Of a stretch of 64,000 nucleotides of DNA, positions 9,991-19,449 are shown piece by piece. The position numbers and the translations under genes are program-made. A model generated the notes under the pieces. That model ran no database searches and was not told where the DNA came from. It saw only the letters and a program-made list of their open reading frames with translations. The first letter of the stretch is position 1. The number at the start of each line of letters is the position of its first letter. Origin of the DNA: Candidatus Woesearchaeota archaeon (GTDB taxonomy: Archaea; Nanobdellota; Nanobdellia; SCGC-AAA011-G17; JACPNG01); assembly GCA_016185615.1 (NCBI GenBank), contig JACPNE010000004.1, positions 4,625 through 68,624 of the forward strand, written 5' to 3'.

Positions 9991-10951
9991 TCTTTATTGA
10001 ATTCTCAATCTCAATTGTTGTTGTTGTAGAAGTTCCGAATTTAGCAACAACTATTCCAGCAGCATAATTTGCCAATGTAATAGCTTCCTCAAGATTGGCT
10101 CCAGAGCATAATGCTAAAGATAAAGTTGCTGTTACTGTATCTCCGGCTCCTGAAACATCATAAACCTCTTTTGCTTTAGTAGGGAAATGCTTTGTCTCAT
10201 CAGTAAACAATGTCATTCCTCTAGATCCCCTTGTTACTAATACATTTGTTTTGTAAATTTTTCTCAGTTTATTCCCGACTTTATTTATCATGTCTTCTTC
10301 TTTTCCAAATATCTCTGCTATTTTGCTTGCTTCGTCATAATTTGGAACAATAAGATTGGCCCCATAATACAATGCCTTATTTTCAGGTCTTGGATCAATG
10401 ATAAGATATTTCTTATGTTGTTTGCATAGCTTGGTTACTTCCTGCATTATTCTTTTAGTTACAAATCCCTTTGCATAATCAGATACTATAACAGAATCCA
10501 TTTTTGGAATTATTTCTATAATGTTATTTATAGCATAATTCTCAAACTCTCTACTTATATTGTCTTTTATGTCATAATCTATCCTTAACAAATGCTGGCT
10601 CTGAGCAACAATTCTCTCCTTTAAGATAGTTCTCCTGTTTTTGTCTTTGATTAAAAGATGGGTTTTTATCTTTCTGGATTCTAGTTTATTAAACAATATA
10701 TTTGCATTAGCATCATCTCCCACCATTCCAACAACATAAACATCAGCACCTAAGCTAGACAAGTTATTGGCTGCATTAGCTGCACCGCCAGGAACAAAAT
10801 TTTCCCACCCTACTTCAACTAAGGGGATTGGTGCCTCCGGAGAAATTCTTAAAACATTTCCAAAAACATATTTATCTAAGATTATATCACCTATTACTAA
10901 AATTTTTTTCTGTTTAAATCTATTCATTATTTCTACAAGTTTCTTTTTCAT
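9980..10951 (-). CDS. hldE: D-glycero-beta-D-manno-heptose 7-phosphate kinase (HldE domain I, PfkB family)
   Basis: Carries the ribokinase/PfkB signatures GGAANAANN and GAGDTVTATL. It overlaps the adenylyltransferase gene by 11 nt. Confidence 0.75.
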   Translation of the reverse strand: MKKKLVEIMNRFKQKKILVIGDIILDKYVFGNVLRISPEAPIPLVEVGWENFVPGGAANAANNLSSLGADVYVVGMVGDDANANILFNKLESRKIKTHLLIKDKNRRTILKERIVAQSQHLLRIDYDIKDNISREFENYAINNIIEIIPKMDSVIVSDYAKGFVTKRIMQEVTKLCKQHKKYLIIDPRPENKALYYGANLIVPNYDEASKIAEIFGKEEDMINKVGNKLRKIYKTNVLVTRGSRGMTLFTDETKHFPTKAKEVYDVSGAGDTVTATLSLALCSGANLEEAITLANYAAGIVVAKFGTSTTTTIEIENSIKNDK

Positions 10952-11301
10952 TCTAAGTCCAATTTTTTCAAATCTATTTTCTCACTTTCTGTTTTCCTGT
11001 ATGTATCCTCATCCAAATGATGTGTGGAAAATTCAAACATCTCTGAATCTTTTAACCCAGTAAATCTGTGCCATTGACCTGGCATCAAATGTTGAATGTC
11101 TCCTTTATGCATGATCCACTTTTTATTATCAACCTCCATTAAAACCTCCCCAGATTGGACATAAAAAGTTTCCTCTTTTATTTTATGATGATGCAAACTG
11201 CACCTATAATCTTTTTTTAGAATAAGTTTTTTACCGCAATATTTTTCATTATTGATAATCCAATGCTCTTCTCCCCAAACTTTAGGAACTATCTTCATCA
11301 A
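10948..11301 (-). CDS. cupin domain protein (possible sugar-phosphate isomerase/epimerase)
   Basis: Cupin beta-barrel motifs PKVWGEEHW..., HHH...E and GQWHRF. It is coupled by an ATGA overlap to the heptose kinase gene. Confidence 0.5.
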   Translation of the reverse strand: MMKIVPKVWGEEHWIINNEKYCGKKLILKKDYRCSLHHHKIKEETFYVQSGEVLMEVDNKKWIMHKGDIQHLMPGQWHRFTGLKDSEMFEFSTHHLDEDTYRKTESEKIDLKKLDLE

Positions 11302-11431
11302 AAATCACATAATTACATTTCTGTTCTAATTTTTAAGTTTTATTATTATAATAGGATGATTTATAAACTATAACTGTATATTTATAAGAATAAACAGACA
11401 TATTTAAAAACCGTTTTTTCTTAAATAGAAT

Positions 11432-11791
11432 ATGGACAAGATAATAGTTGGGATCATAGAGAAAATAAAGATTAAGGGGAAAAAAGATAAAGAAGTATTG
11501 GCAAAAATAGATACTGGAGCACAGCATAACTCAATTAATATGAAACTAGCCTCTGAACTAAAATTAGGCCCGATAGTAAGAACAGCCATAATAAGAAACG
11601 CTCATGGAAAAGTTGTAAGGTCTGTTGTAAGGGCAACAATAGAGATAAAAGGAAAGACTATTGAGTCTGAATTTAACCTATCAAACAGGGAACATATGAA
11701 ATATCATGTTTTAATTGGAATGAATGTATTAAAAGAGGGATTTTTAATCGACCCTTCAAAAATCAAAGAGAATGAAGTTAGCAATAATTAG
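11432..11791 (+). CDS. RimK-associated retropepsin-like aspartic protease (putative ATP-dependent zinc protease family)
   Basis: Carries the IDTGAQHNSI aspartyl-protease motif. It lies directly upstream of, and overlapping, the RimK gene. Confidence 0.6.
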   Translation: MDKIIVGIIEKIKIKGKKDKEVLAKIDTGAQHNSINMKLASELKLGPIVRTAIIRNAHGKVVRSVVRATIEIKGKTIESEFNLSNREHMKYHVLIGMNVLKEGFLIDPSKIKENEVSNN

Positions 11792-12830
11792 CCTTAAAGG
11801 AGAAAGTAGCTCAAAGATAGCAGACGAAGCCAGTAATTTCTTTAGTGAAGTTGAAAGATTAGACTTGAGAAAGATTGAAGTCCATTCAACCTCAAAGGGA
11901 TTAGAGGTTCTTTATGATGGAAATCCAATAAAAAAATATGATTGTATCTATGTTCGAGGATCACACAAATATTCGTTATTGCAGAGGACATTAACAGAAG
12001 CACTTGGTAAGGAATCTTATATGCCACTAAGACCAAGTTCATTTACTATAGGTCATGATAAATTTCTTACATTAGTTGAGCTTGAGAAAAATAAAGTTCC
12101 TATTCCAGCCACATACCTAGCAGCAACAGTAAATAGTGCAAAAAAAATTTTATCTAAAATAGATTTCCCGATAATAATGAAATTGTCAACTGGGACTCAA
12201 GGAAAGGGAGTAATGTTCGCTGATTCAGTTCAGTCAGCAAACTCTATCTTAGATACTTTGGAAGTATTCAAACAGCCATATATAATCGAGGAGTATATTG
12301 AAACAAATACAACAGATATTAGAGTTATTGTAGCCGGAGATGAGGTAGTCGGAGCAATGAAAAGAAAAGCTACTCCAGATGAAATGAGAGCTAATATTCA
12401 TATGGGCGGAAAGGGAACTAATTACATTCCTGCTCCGGATATTGAGCAGATAGCACTTAAGGCTTCAAAGGCAATAGGTGCAGACATATGCGCAGTTGAT
12501 ATTTTAGAAGGATTAAAGCCAATGGTGATAGAAGTTAATTTATCTCCTGGCTTGGGTGGAATAACAAAGGCTACTGGGAAGAATATTGCTAAATCAATAG
12601 CCAAGGTTCTGTATGACAAGACAAAACTATTTAAATCCTCTAAAACCTCCCAAGATTATAATAATGTATTAAAAGATATCAATAAAAATGAGGAGATTGT
12701 GACAAATCTCGAGGTTAAAGCAGGAAAGATAAGACTTCCGGAAATAATAACAAGAGCCAGCGGGCTTAGAAGTGATGAAGAAGTCTCGATTAGTGTAAGC
12801 AAAGGCAAGCTTATAATTAAGAAGATGTGA
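11772..12830 (+). CDS. rimK: RimK-family alpha-L-glutamate ligase (ATP-grasp)
   Basis: ATP-grasp fold with the RimK-like C-terminal region (DIRVIVAGDEVVGAMKRK, CAVDIL). Confidence 0.8.
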   Translation: MKLAIISLKGESSSKIADEASNFFSEVERLDLRKIEVHSTSKGLEVLYDGNPIKKYDCIYVRGSHKYSLLQRTLTEALGKESYMPLRPSSFTIGHDKFLTLVELEKNKVPIPATYLAATVNSAKKILSKIDFPIIMKLSTGTQGKGVMFADSVQSANSILDTLEVFKQPYIIEEYIETNTTDIRVIVAGDEVVGAMKRKATPDEMRANIHMGGKGTNYIPAPDIEQIALKASKAIGADICAVDILEGLKPMVIEVNLSPGLGGITKATGKNIAKSIAKVLYDKTKLFKSSKTSQDYNNVLKDINKNEEIVTNLEVKAGKIRLPEIITRASGLRSDEEVSISVSKGKLIIKKM

Positions 12831-12839
12831 GGTGGTTTG

Positions 12840-12992
12840 ATGAGATGTCCTTTTGTTGATAGGAACTGCAATCCTGAATGCAGGGCTTATGATGAGACAA
12901 AAAAAGATAGTTGTCTTATTCTCCATAGGTTAGACAGAACAAATATGATTCTAAATTATATAGAAAAGAAGATTGATTCTTTGAATCATTAA
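12840..12992 (+). CDS. small Cys-containing protein (50 aa), possible zinc ribbon
   Basis: A strong SD (GAGGTGG) lies 4 nt upstream of the ATG. Four Cys residues are present (CPFVDRNCNPEC...C). It is below the 60-aa cutoff of the ORF track. Confidence 0.4.
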   Translation: MRCPFVDRNCNPECRAYDETKKDSCLILHRLDRTNMILNYIEKKIDSLNH

Positions 12993-13022
12993 TCTTATAT
13001 ATTTTTCCTTCTATTTATTTTC

Positions 13023-13544
13023 ATGATAAAATATATAGTAATGCTCATACTATTTAGCTCCATTGTAAATGCCACTACTGAGACTATTGATTTGGGTATT
13101 GGGGAGAATTTTGTTATATTGGATAAAAATGTAACCTTGACAGCCGTCAATGATGATGAAGAAAAAATAATTGTCTGTGTAAACAATCAAAAAGTAATAA
13201 TAGAAGACAATGAAGAAAAGTTAGTTAACGGGGTTTATATAGAGGTTGAAAGGGTTAATAGCGGAAATGCCAGATTAAAAATAGAAAGAGACTGTAAAGA
13301 TTGTGAATGCGATGAGAATTGCAATAATGAATTATGTATTCAACCTTCTAAAGAAGAAGTTTTTAATGATGCAGATGAGATTAATGAGGATGTTAATATA
13401 GGAACAAATGAGATTCAAAATGATGATCCAATAATTATAAGAGGATCAAAAGATCAGCAAAGAAATAATCTAATTTTAGGAATTGGGATAGTTATTCTTA
13501 TTATAATAATTCTTATGTTTATAATGTTAAAAATAAAGAGATAA
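13023..13544 (+). CDS. secreted Cys-rich protein with C-terminal TM anchor, hypothetical
   Basis: Signal peptide, a CKDCECDENCNNELC cluster, and a C-terminal hydrophobic anchor followed by KIKR. Confidence 0.5.
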   Translation: MIKYIVMLILFSSIVNATTETIDLGIGENFVILDKNVTLTAVNDDEEKIIVCVNNQKVIIEDNEEKLVNGVYIEVERVNSGNARLKIERDCKDCECDENCNNELCIQPSKEEVFNDADEINEDVNIGTNEIQNDDPIIIRGSKDQQRNNLILGIGIVILIIIILMFIMLKIKR

Positions 13545-13832
13545 TCAAGACTTTTCTATTTTTCTTTTGAATGCTTCCGCATGCTCTTCATTACAGAATC
13601 TATAGATTTCATCATTAAGCTCTTCTTCAACAAAATCATCTGTTAAAGGCTTATGACATAAAGAACATTTTGCTAACCTATCTCCAGAGTCATATCCCTG
13701 CATAAATCCCTCTTCAACCTCATCTATCTCATCATCTTCAATAGATTCTTCTCTGCCTTCTTCAGAGTATACATCTGTCTCCTCTTCCTCGTCTTCCCCG
13801 ATATCTTCCTCAAAAAAATCTTCTTCATCCAT
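13545..13832 (-). CDS. acidic protein with C-terminal TRASH/YHS-like metal-binding motif
   Basis: The N-terminus is poly-Asp/Glu. The C-terminus has CSLCHKPL...RFCNEEHAEAFK (CxxC ... FCxxxH). Confidence 0.45.
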   Translation of the reverse strand: MDEEDFFEEDIGEDEEEETDVYSEEGREESIEDDEIDEVEEGFMQGYDSGDRLAKCSLCHKPLTDDFVEEELNDEIYRFCNEEHAEAFKRKIEKS

Positions 13833-13838
13833 AAAAAA

Positions 13839-14585
13839 ATGAATTATGAAAATCTTTTTAAAGGTTTTTATAGTCTAGATGTTATGAACATAGCAATATT
13901 ATTTAGTGGTGGTAAGGATTCTGTCAATGCTATACAATTAGCCAAGCAGAAAAACTGGAATATTAAATATTTATTATCTGTCAAGCCAACCAGGACAGAC
14001 TGTTATTTATTCCATTTTGCTACTGTTGAGCATACAAAGGAAATTGCAAAAATTCTCGGATATAATCACATTCTAGTAAACTGTGATGTGGCTGATCCTA
14101 AGAAAGAAGCTGAGATTGTAAAAGAGGTTGTAGCGAAAAATCCTGTTGATGCTGTAGTTTTAGGCGGAATAGGATTACAAGAAACACAGCTTAAAGTGAT
14201 AAGGGAAGTATTATTTCCATTAGGTGTGGAAGTATTTGCTTCGCACAAAGATGAAGACCATGAATCATTGGTTAGAAATATGATAAAAGAAGGATATGAA
14301 ATTATGATAACCCAGGTTGCATCTGATGGAATGAACAAATGGCTCGGAAAAACTTTGACAAAAGATAATTTTGATGAACTGAAAAAAGATTCTTTGAAAT
14401 ATGGATTCCACATCGGCTTTGAGGGTGGATATGCAGACTCATTCGTTGTTGATGGTCCTATTTTCAGCAAAAGATTTGATGTGATGGATTCCAAAAGAGT
14501 AATGGAGTCAGAAGATTCTGGCCACATCATTATCAATGATTATTTGATAAAAGACAAGAAGAAAAGATTAACAACTATCTCTTAA
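13839..14585 (+). CDS. diphthine-ammonia ligase-like PP-loop ATPase (Dph6/MJ0570 family)
   Basis: Carries the PP-loop SGGKDS near the N-terminus, in a protein of 248 aa. Confidence 0.6.
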   Translation: MNYENLFKGFYSLDVMNIAILFSGGKDSVNAIQLAKQKNWNIKYLLSVKPTRTDCYLFHFATVEHTKEIAKILGYNHILVNCDVADPKKEAEIVKEVVAKNPVDAVVLGGIGLQETQLKVIREVLFPLGVEVFASHKDEDHESLVRNMIKEGYEIMITQVASDGMNKWLGKTLTKDNFDELKKDSLKYGFHIGFEGGYADSFVVDGPIFSKRFDVMDSKRVMESEDSGHIIINDYLIKDKKKRLTTIS

Positions 14586-14587
14586 AT

Positions 14588-15841
14588 TTAATCTTCAATC
14601 AACATCAAGCTAGGGTCTTCTAAATGTTTCTTTATTTCATTTAAGAATCTTCCAGCAACAGCCCCATCTAATATTCTATGGTCAAATGTCAAGGATAATG
14701 GAAGAATTTTCCTTATGACCATTTTGCTATCAACAACGACAGCCATATCTTTAGCTCTTCCTATTCCAAGGATAGCTGCCTCAGGATAATTAATTATTGG
14801 AGTTCCATAACTTCCGCCAATGCTTCCATAATTTGTTATTGTAAATGTTCCCCCTTTTAAATCTCCTAAATCAATCTTTCTAGATTTTGCTTTTTCTGCC
14901 AAATCAAATATCTCTTTGGCTAAATCAAGAATACTTTTTTGATCCACCCCTTTAACAACAGGAACAACCAACCCATATTCTGTTTCTACAGCTACCCCAA
15001 TATTATAATATTTCTTTATTATTATCTCTTCATCCTCTAAGGTTGAATTAATTATCGGATAAGCTTTCAATCCAGCCACAACTGCTTTAATAATAAAAGG
15101 AAGAAATGTCAATTTTATTCCTTTTTCTTCTGCATTCTTTTTTTCTTTCTCTTTTAACTCATTTAGCTCAGTAATATCAGCATCATCCATTGAAGTTACG
15201 TGAGCAATCTCATTATTTGCTCTTGACATATTAACAGCAATAGTTTTTCTTATTCCTTTTAATGGGATTCTTTCTACATACCCATATAAGTCATATTTTT
15301 TTGTGACTTTAATCTCATTCTTTTCATTTATCTCTACAGGAACATCTCCATTTGAGGCTTTTCTAATGTCATCTTCCATTATTCTTCCATCATCTCCGGA
15401 TCCTTCTATTGTAGAGATATCAACATTAAGTTCTTTTGCTAATTTTCTTACAGCTGGAGTAGCTAAAATCTTTTTTTCTTGTTTTGTTTGTTTACTCTCT
15501 TTTTTAACAACAAATTCCTCATCTGATTCCTCAAGATTTCCAACAACAGATGTTGTTTTTCTTTCTTCTTTTTTTTCTTGCTTTGTTTCTAATTGCTCTT
15601 TTTCTCCCCCAATTACAGCCAATACCTGTCCGACTTTTACAGTATCTCCTGCCTTAAAATTAAGTTTTAGAATTCTTCCTGATTTTGGGCTTGGAATATC
15701 AACAACAGCCTTATCAGTTTCAATTTTAGCTATTGGCTGATGCTCTTTAATAACCTCTCCCTCTTTAACTAGCCATTCTACTAATTCTCCTTCTTCAATT
15801 CCCTCTCCGACATCTGGAAATTTAAACTCGTACACCATCAA
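14588..15841 (-). CDS. 2-oxoacid dehydrogenase E2 (dihydrolipoamide acyltransferase)
   Basis: Has a lipoyl domain (IAKIETDKAVVDIPSP), an E3-binding region, and the catalytic DHRILDGA motif. Confidence 0.85.
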   Translation of the reverse strand: MMVYEFKFPDVGEGIEEGELVEWLVKEGEVIKEHQPIAKIETDKAVVDIPSPKSGRILKLNFKAGDTVKVGQVLAVIGGEKEQLETKQEKKEERKTTSVVGNLEESDEEFVVKKESKQTKQEKKILATPAVRKLAKELNVDISTIEGSGDDGRIMEDDIRKASNGDVPVEINEKNEIKVTKKYDLYGYVERIPLKGIRKTIAVNMSRANNEIAHVTSMDDADITELNELKEKEKKNAEEKGIKLTFLPFIIKAVVAGLKAYPIINSTLEDEEIIIKKYYNIGVAVETEYGLVVPVVKGVDQKSILDLAKEIFDLAEKAKSRKIDLGDLKGGTFTITNYGSIGGSYGTPIINYPEAAILGIGRAKDMAVVVDSKMVIRKILPLSLTFDHRILDGAVAGRFLNEIKKHLEDPSLMLIED

Positions 15842-16559
15842 ATTCTACCTCTTTTTTATTAAATACCTCAGCAAATCTGTTAACTAATTTATCTTTGACA
15901 TCTTGTAAGTTTAATTTTCTACCTAAAATCGTTTGCATACTTATTGGTTGAATCTTGTCTTCTGGAAAACCACATGGATCAATTAATTTTGTATAATCAA
16001 TATTTGTTGTATTAACATTTAATGCAAACCCGTGATGTGTATATATCCATTCTCCAATTCTTTTTGTTCCTATTCCCTTAGTACAGAGTACTTTATACCC
16101 ATTATCTTGTTTATACCATGTTGCCCTATAAGGCTTATCAGTTATAGGATTCATAGTATCAACCCTTGTAATGGGAATATTAAAATCATTTGCAGTTTTT
16201 ATCATCACTTCTTCAAAAGAAGACATAAGATCATAGAGTCCATTCCACTTCCATCTCATTATAGCATAACCAACAATTTGGCCAGGACCAAGAAAAGCAG
16301 CACCGCCACCCCTGTCTGTTTTTCCATAAAACTCAACCCCATTTTTATCTAATTCATTTATATCAACTTTCAACTTGTTCCATTCAGAATTGCTCACTCC
16401 AAAAGTTATTGTTGGTGGATGTTCTACTAACATTAATGTATCTGGCGTCTCATTATTTATCCTTTTTTGAAGGGTTTTCTTCTGCTGCTCCCATGCATCC
16501 GTATAAGTAGTAAATCCTAAATCCATTACAAATAGTTTATCTTCCAAAATAATTCTCAC
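15822..16559 (-). CDS. lplA: lipoate-protein ligase A catalytic domain
   Basis: BPL/LPL catalytic fold (LVEHPPTITFG, KxxGxK region). It overlaps the E2 gene by 20 nt. Confidence 0.65.
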   Translation of the reverse strand: MRIILEDKLFVMDLGFTTYTDAWEQQKKTLQKRINNETPDTLMLVEHPPTITFGVSNSEWNKLKVDINELDKNGVEFYGKTDRGGGAAFLGPGQIVGYAIMRWKWNGLYDLMSSFEEVMIKTANDFNIPITRVDTMNPITDKPYRATWYKQDNGYKVLCTKGIGTKRIGEWIYTHHGFALNVNTTNIDYTKLIDPCGFPEDKIQPISMQTILGRKLNLQDVKDKLVNRFAEVFNKKEVEFDGVRV

Positions 16560-16600
16560 CTTACAACATCAAAAACTTTTTTAAGTATAAAAATGTTGTC

Positions 16601-16975
16601 TTGAATATGCCAGATTTTAAGACACATTATTTGACTATAATGGTTACTATAATTTTTATATTGGGATTTTTCTTGATTGCAAATAGCCAAAATGGTCTTG
16701 AAGAAGTAACTGGAAGATCAATAAGCGGCATAGATAATGATGCTGAAAGGATTGTATCAAATTATTTGTCATTTAACGACATAGAAAATAGTATGATTAA
16801 TTCATACCAAAAAAATAATCTCTGGAAGGTTGAGGTTGATATTATTAATTCTGATTTTGATGTTGTTTTTGATGTTGATGAAAATGGAAAGATTAAATGC
16901 TTTGAAAGGGACAGGGAAAGAAAATGCTTTGATAACTTCAATGAGTTTAATGAAGAATTCTTGTCTATCTACTAA
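16601..16975 (+). CDS. hypothetical protein with N-terminal TM
   Basis: ORF with a hydrophobic N-terminus and no recognisable motif. Confidence 0.35.
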   Translation: MNMPDFKTHYLTIMVTIIFILGFFLIANSQNGLEEVTGRSISGIDNDAERIVSNYLSFNDIENSMINSYQKNNLWKVEVDIINSDFDVVFDVDENGKIKCFERDRERKCFDNFNEFNEEFLSIY

Positions 16976-17030
16976 AAAATAAATAGATTTATATACATTT
17001 AATTTTTTCTCTTAAAACTTTTGAATTAAA

Positions 17031-17237
17031 ATGAATGATGAATTGGATGGATGGGTTATAGTATCAACAAGAAGAATTTTGGAAGATTATTTGTTACTAT
17101 TTGAAAAACGCTTTGGAAATAAATGGTATACAATGGGGGATATAAAGAATGTTTTGTATGATATTAAAAGTCTCCCTGATAAAAAAGAAAGAATGGAATA
17201 TAAAATGAGATTCAAAGAATTATTGAAGAAATATTAA
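17031..17237 (+). CDS. hypothetical small protein
   Basis: ORF only. Confidence 0.25.
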   Translation: MNDELDGWVIVSTRRILEDYLLLFEKRFGNKWYTMGDIKNVLYDIKSLPDKKERMEYKMRFKELLKKY

Positions 17238-18196
17238 AAATTCATAACCTTTTCAATAGATTTCTTGATTCTTTCTGTGTTAGGCATGTAATAATCCTCT
17301 AATTTTGGCAATGGAACTATGGTGTCATATCCAGTTACTCTTTCTATCGGAGCCTGTAAACTCAACAATGCCTTTTCGTTTATTATCGCTATTATTTCAG
17401 CAGCTAACCCTAATGTCTTGGGAGCCTCATGGACAATAACACATCTTCCGGTTCTTGAAACAGAGTCTATTATTGTTTTTACATCTAAAGGTTTTAATGT
17501 CCTTAAATCAATGATTTCTATACTATATTTTAGACCCTCAACTGCTTTTAGTGTTTCTCTTACCCATGAGCCATAAGTAATAATTGTTAAGTCATCTCCT
17601 TCCTGTATAATATTTGCTTTGCCTAATGGAATTGTATATTCCTTCTCCGGAACTTCTTCTTTAAACGCCCTGTAAATTTTTTTAGGCTCAAAAAATATAA
17701 CTGGATCTGGATCTCTTATTGCTGAAATTAATAATCCTTTAGCATCATAAGGTCTACTTGGAATAACAACCTTTAATCCAGGGGTATGTACAAAATAAGT
17801 TTCAGGAGAATCAGAATGATGCTCTAATGCATGAATTCCTCCACCAATGGGGCTTCTTATTACAATAGGAACTGAGAATGCCCCCCTTGATCTGTTTCTT
17901 ATTCTGGAAGCATGACTTATTAATTGATCTAAAGCAGGCATTATAAATCCTTCAAATTGTATCTCTGCTACTGGTTTTAATCCATTTAATGCTAGTCCAA
18001 TAGAAGTTCCTACAATTCCAGATTCAGCTAATGGGGTATCAAATACTCTATCTTTATATTTTTGGTATAATCCTTCTGTAACTCTGAATACTCCACCATC
18101 AATCCCGATATCTTCTCCAAGCAAAATAACAGACTTATCTTTGGACATCTCTTGATTCAAAGCCATGTTTATTGCTTGTACTAAATTAGCTTTCAT
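17234..18196 (-). CDS. 2-oxoacid (pyruvate/acetoin) dehydrogenase E1 beta subunit
   Basis: Transketolase-like pyrimidine-binding and C-terminal domains (GEDIG..GGVFRVT, GIHALEHHSDS). Confidence 0.85.
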   Translation of the reverse strand: MKANLVQAINMALNQEMSKDKSVILLGEDIGIDGGVFRVTEGLYQKYKDRVFDTPLAESGIVGTSIGLALNGLKPVAEIQFEGFIMPALDQLISHASRIRNRSRGAFSVPIVIRSPIGGGIHALEHHSDSPETYFVHTPGLKVVIPSRPYDAKGLLISAIRDPDPVIFFEPKKIYRAFKEEVPEKEYTIPLGKANIIQEGDDLTIITYGSWVRETLKAVEGLKYSIEIIDLRTLKPLDVKTIIDSVSRTGRCVIVHEAPKTLGLAAEIIAIINEKALLSLQAPIERVTGYDTIVPLPKLEDYYMPNTERIKKSIEKVMNF

Positions 18197-18396
18197 AATA
18201 TAACTCCTAGAATATCTTGCGAGATAACAAAGAATCCATCAACAATTAATCCCGCTACCCCTATAAAAACCCTTATCCAAGTTCTAATCTTTTCATTTTT
18301 ATTTAACTTCTTTTTGTTTAAATCATAAATAGCATCTACTAATATAAATAAAAACACAATCAATCCAAACCTGTCAAAGAATAAAGGCAAATTCAT
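18193..18396 (-). CDS. small two-TM membrane protein inserted between E1 alpha and E1 beta
   Basis: A 67-aa peptide with two hydrophobic helices. It has 4-nt ATGA-type overlaps with both flanking E1 genes. Confidence 0.5.
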   Translation of the reverse strand: MNLPLFFDRFGLIVFLFILVDAIYDLNKKKLNKNEKIRTWIRVFIGVAGLIVDGFFVISQDILGVIL

Positions 18397-19448
18397 TTCA
18401 ATTCCTCTTTCTGCTCTTTTAAATTCTCATCTAACTCAGCATAAACATAGTTTAGGATGTCTTCTTTTTTTGGATCTTCTATTGATTCCATTTTTTTTAT
18501 AGCCTCATCCATCTCATCATTGAATTTTCTATCTAATTCTTCTTCATATTCTTTTGTCCATAATTTTTTTGTTATCATATATTTTTTTAATCTTTCAATT
18601 GGATCTTTCTTATCCCATTGTTTTAATTCCTTATCATTTCTGTATTTTTTCGCATCATCTGATGTTGTATGATCATTTCTTCTGTAAGTAAAAGCCTCAA
18701 TTAATGTCGGCTTTCCTTTCTTAGCCCTTTCAACAGCTTCTTTTGTAGATTTATACATCGCAAAAACATCATTTCCATCTACTTTTATTCCGTACATTCC
18801 GTAAGCTATAGCCTTTTGTGCTATTGTAGCTGATTTAGTTTGCTTTGAAACAGGAACAGAAATAGCATACTGGTTATTCTGGCATATGAATATCAAAGGA
18901 ATTTCGAATACAGAGGCAAAATTCATAGCCTCATGAAAGTCTCCTTCTGATGTAGCACCATCCCCAAAGTATGTAACAACAACTCTTGATTCTTTTTTAA
19001 TCTTCGAAGCCCACCCAAATCCAGCAGCGTGTAGCATATGCGTTCCTACTGGAATTGTAACTGTAAACATATTTACTTTCTTTGTAGAATACATCCCCCT
19101 TTCATCACCCCTCCAATATGCTAAATATTGATCTATTGGCATTCCCCTTAATAAGTAAACTCCCTGCTCCCTAAAACTTGGAAAAATAAAATCTTCTTTA
19201 TCCAAAGCATAAGCGCTTCCTATCTGGGCTGCTTCCTGTCCTAGAGAAGAGGCATATGTTCCTAATCTGCCCTCTCTCTGCAACTTCAATGCTTTTTCAT
19301 CAAATATTCTGGTCTTTTTCATTAATTCATACATTAATTTAATATCATTATTACTTAGCTTGGGCATTAATTTTGAATCTGCTTTTCCATTTTCATCAAG
19401 TATACTAAGAAATTCTATATTAAAATTCTGAATTATTTTTTTAGGCAT
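18393..19448 (-). CDS. 2-oxoacid dehydrogenase E1 alpha subunit (TPP-dependent)
   Basis: TPP-binding motif GDGATSEGDFHEAMNFA, and the phosphorylation-loop region typical of E1 alpha. Confidence 0.85.
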   Translation of the reverse strand: MPKKIIQNFNIEFLSILDENGKADSKLMPKLSNNDIKLMYELMKKTRIFDEKALKLQREGRLGTYASSLGQEAAQIGSAYALDKEDFIFPSFREQGVYLLRGMPIDQYLAYWRGDERGMYSTKKVNMFTVTIPVGTHMLHAAGFGWASKIKKESRVVVTYFGDGATSEGDFHEAMNFASVFEIPLIFICQNNQYAISVPVSKQTKSATIAQKAIAYGMYGIKVDGNDVFAMYKSTKEAVERAKKGKPTLIEAFTYRRNDHTTSDDAKKYRNDKELKQWDKKDPIERLKKYMITKKLWTKEYEEELDRKFNDEMDEAIKKMESIEDPKKEDILNYVYAELDENLKEQKEELK

Positions 19449-19449
19449 T

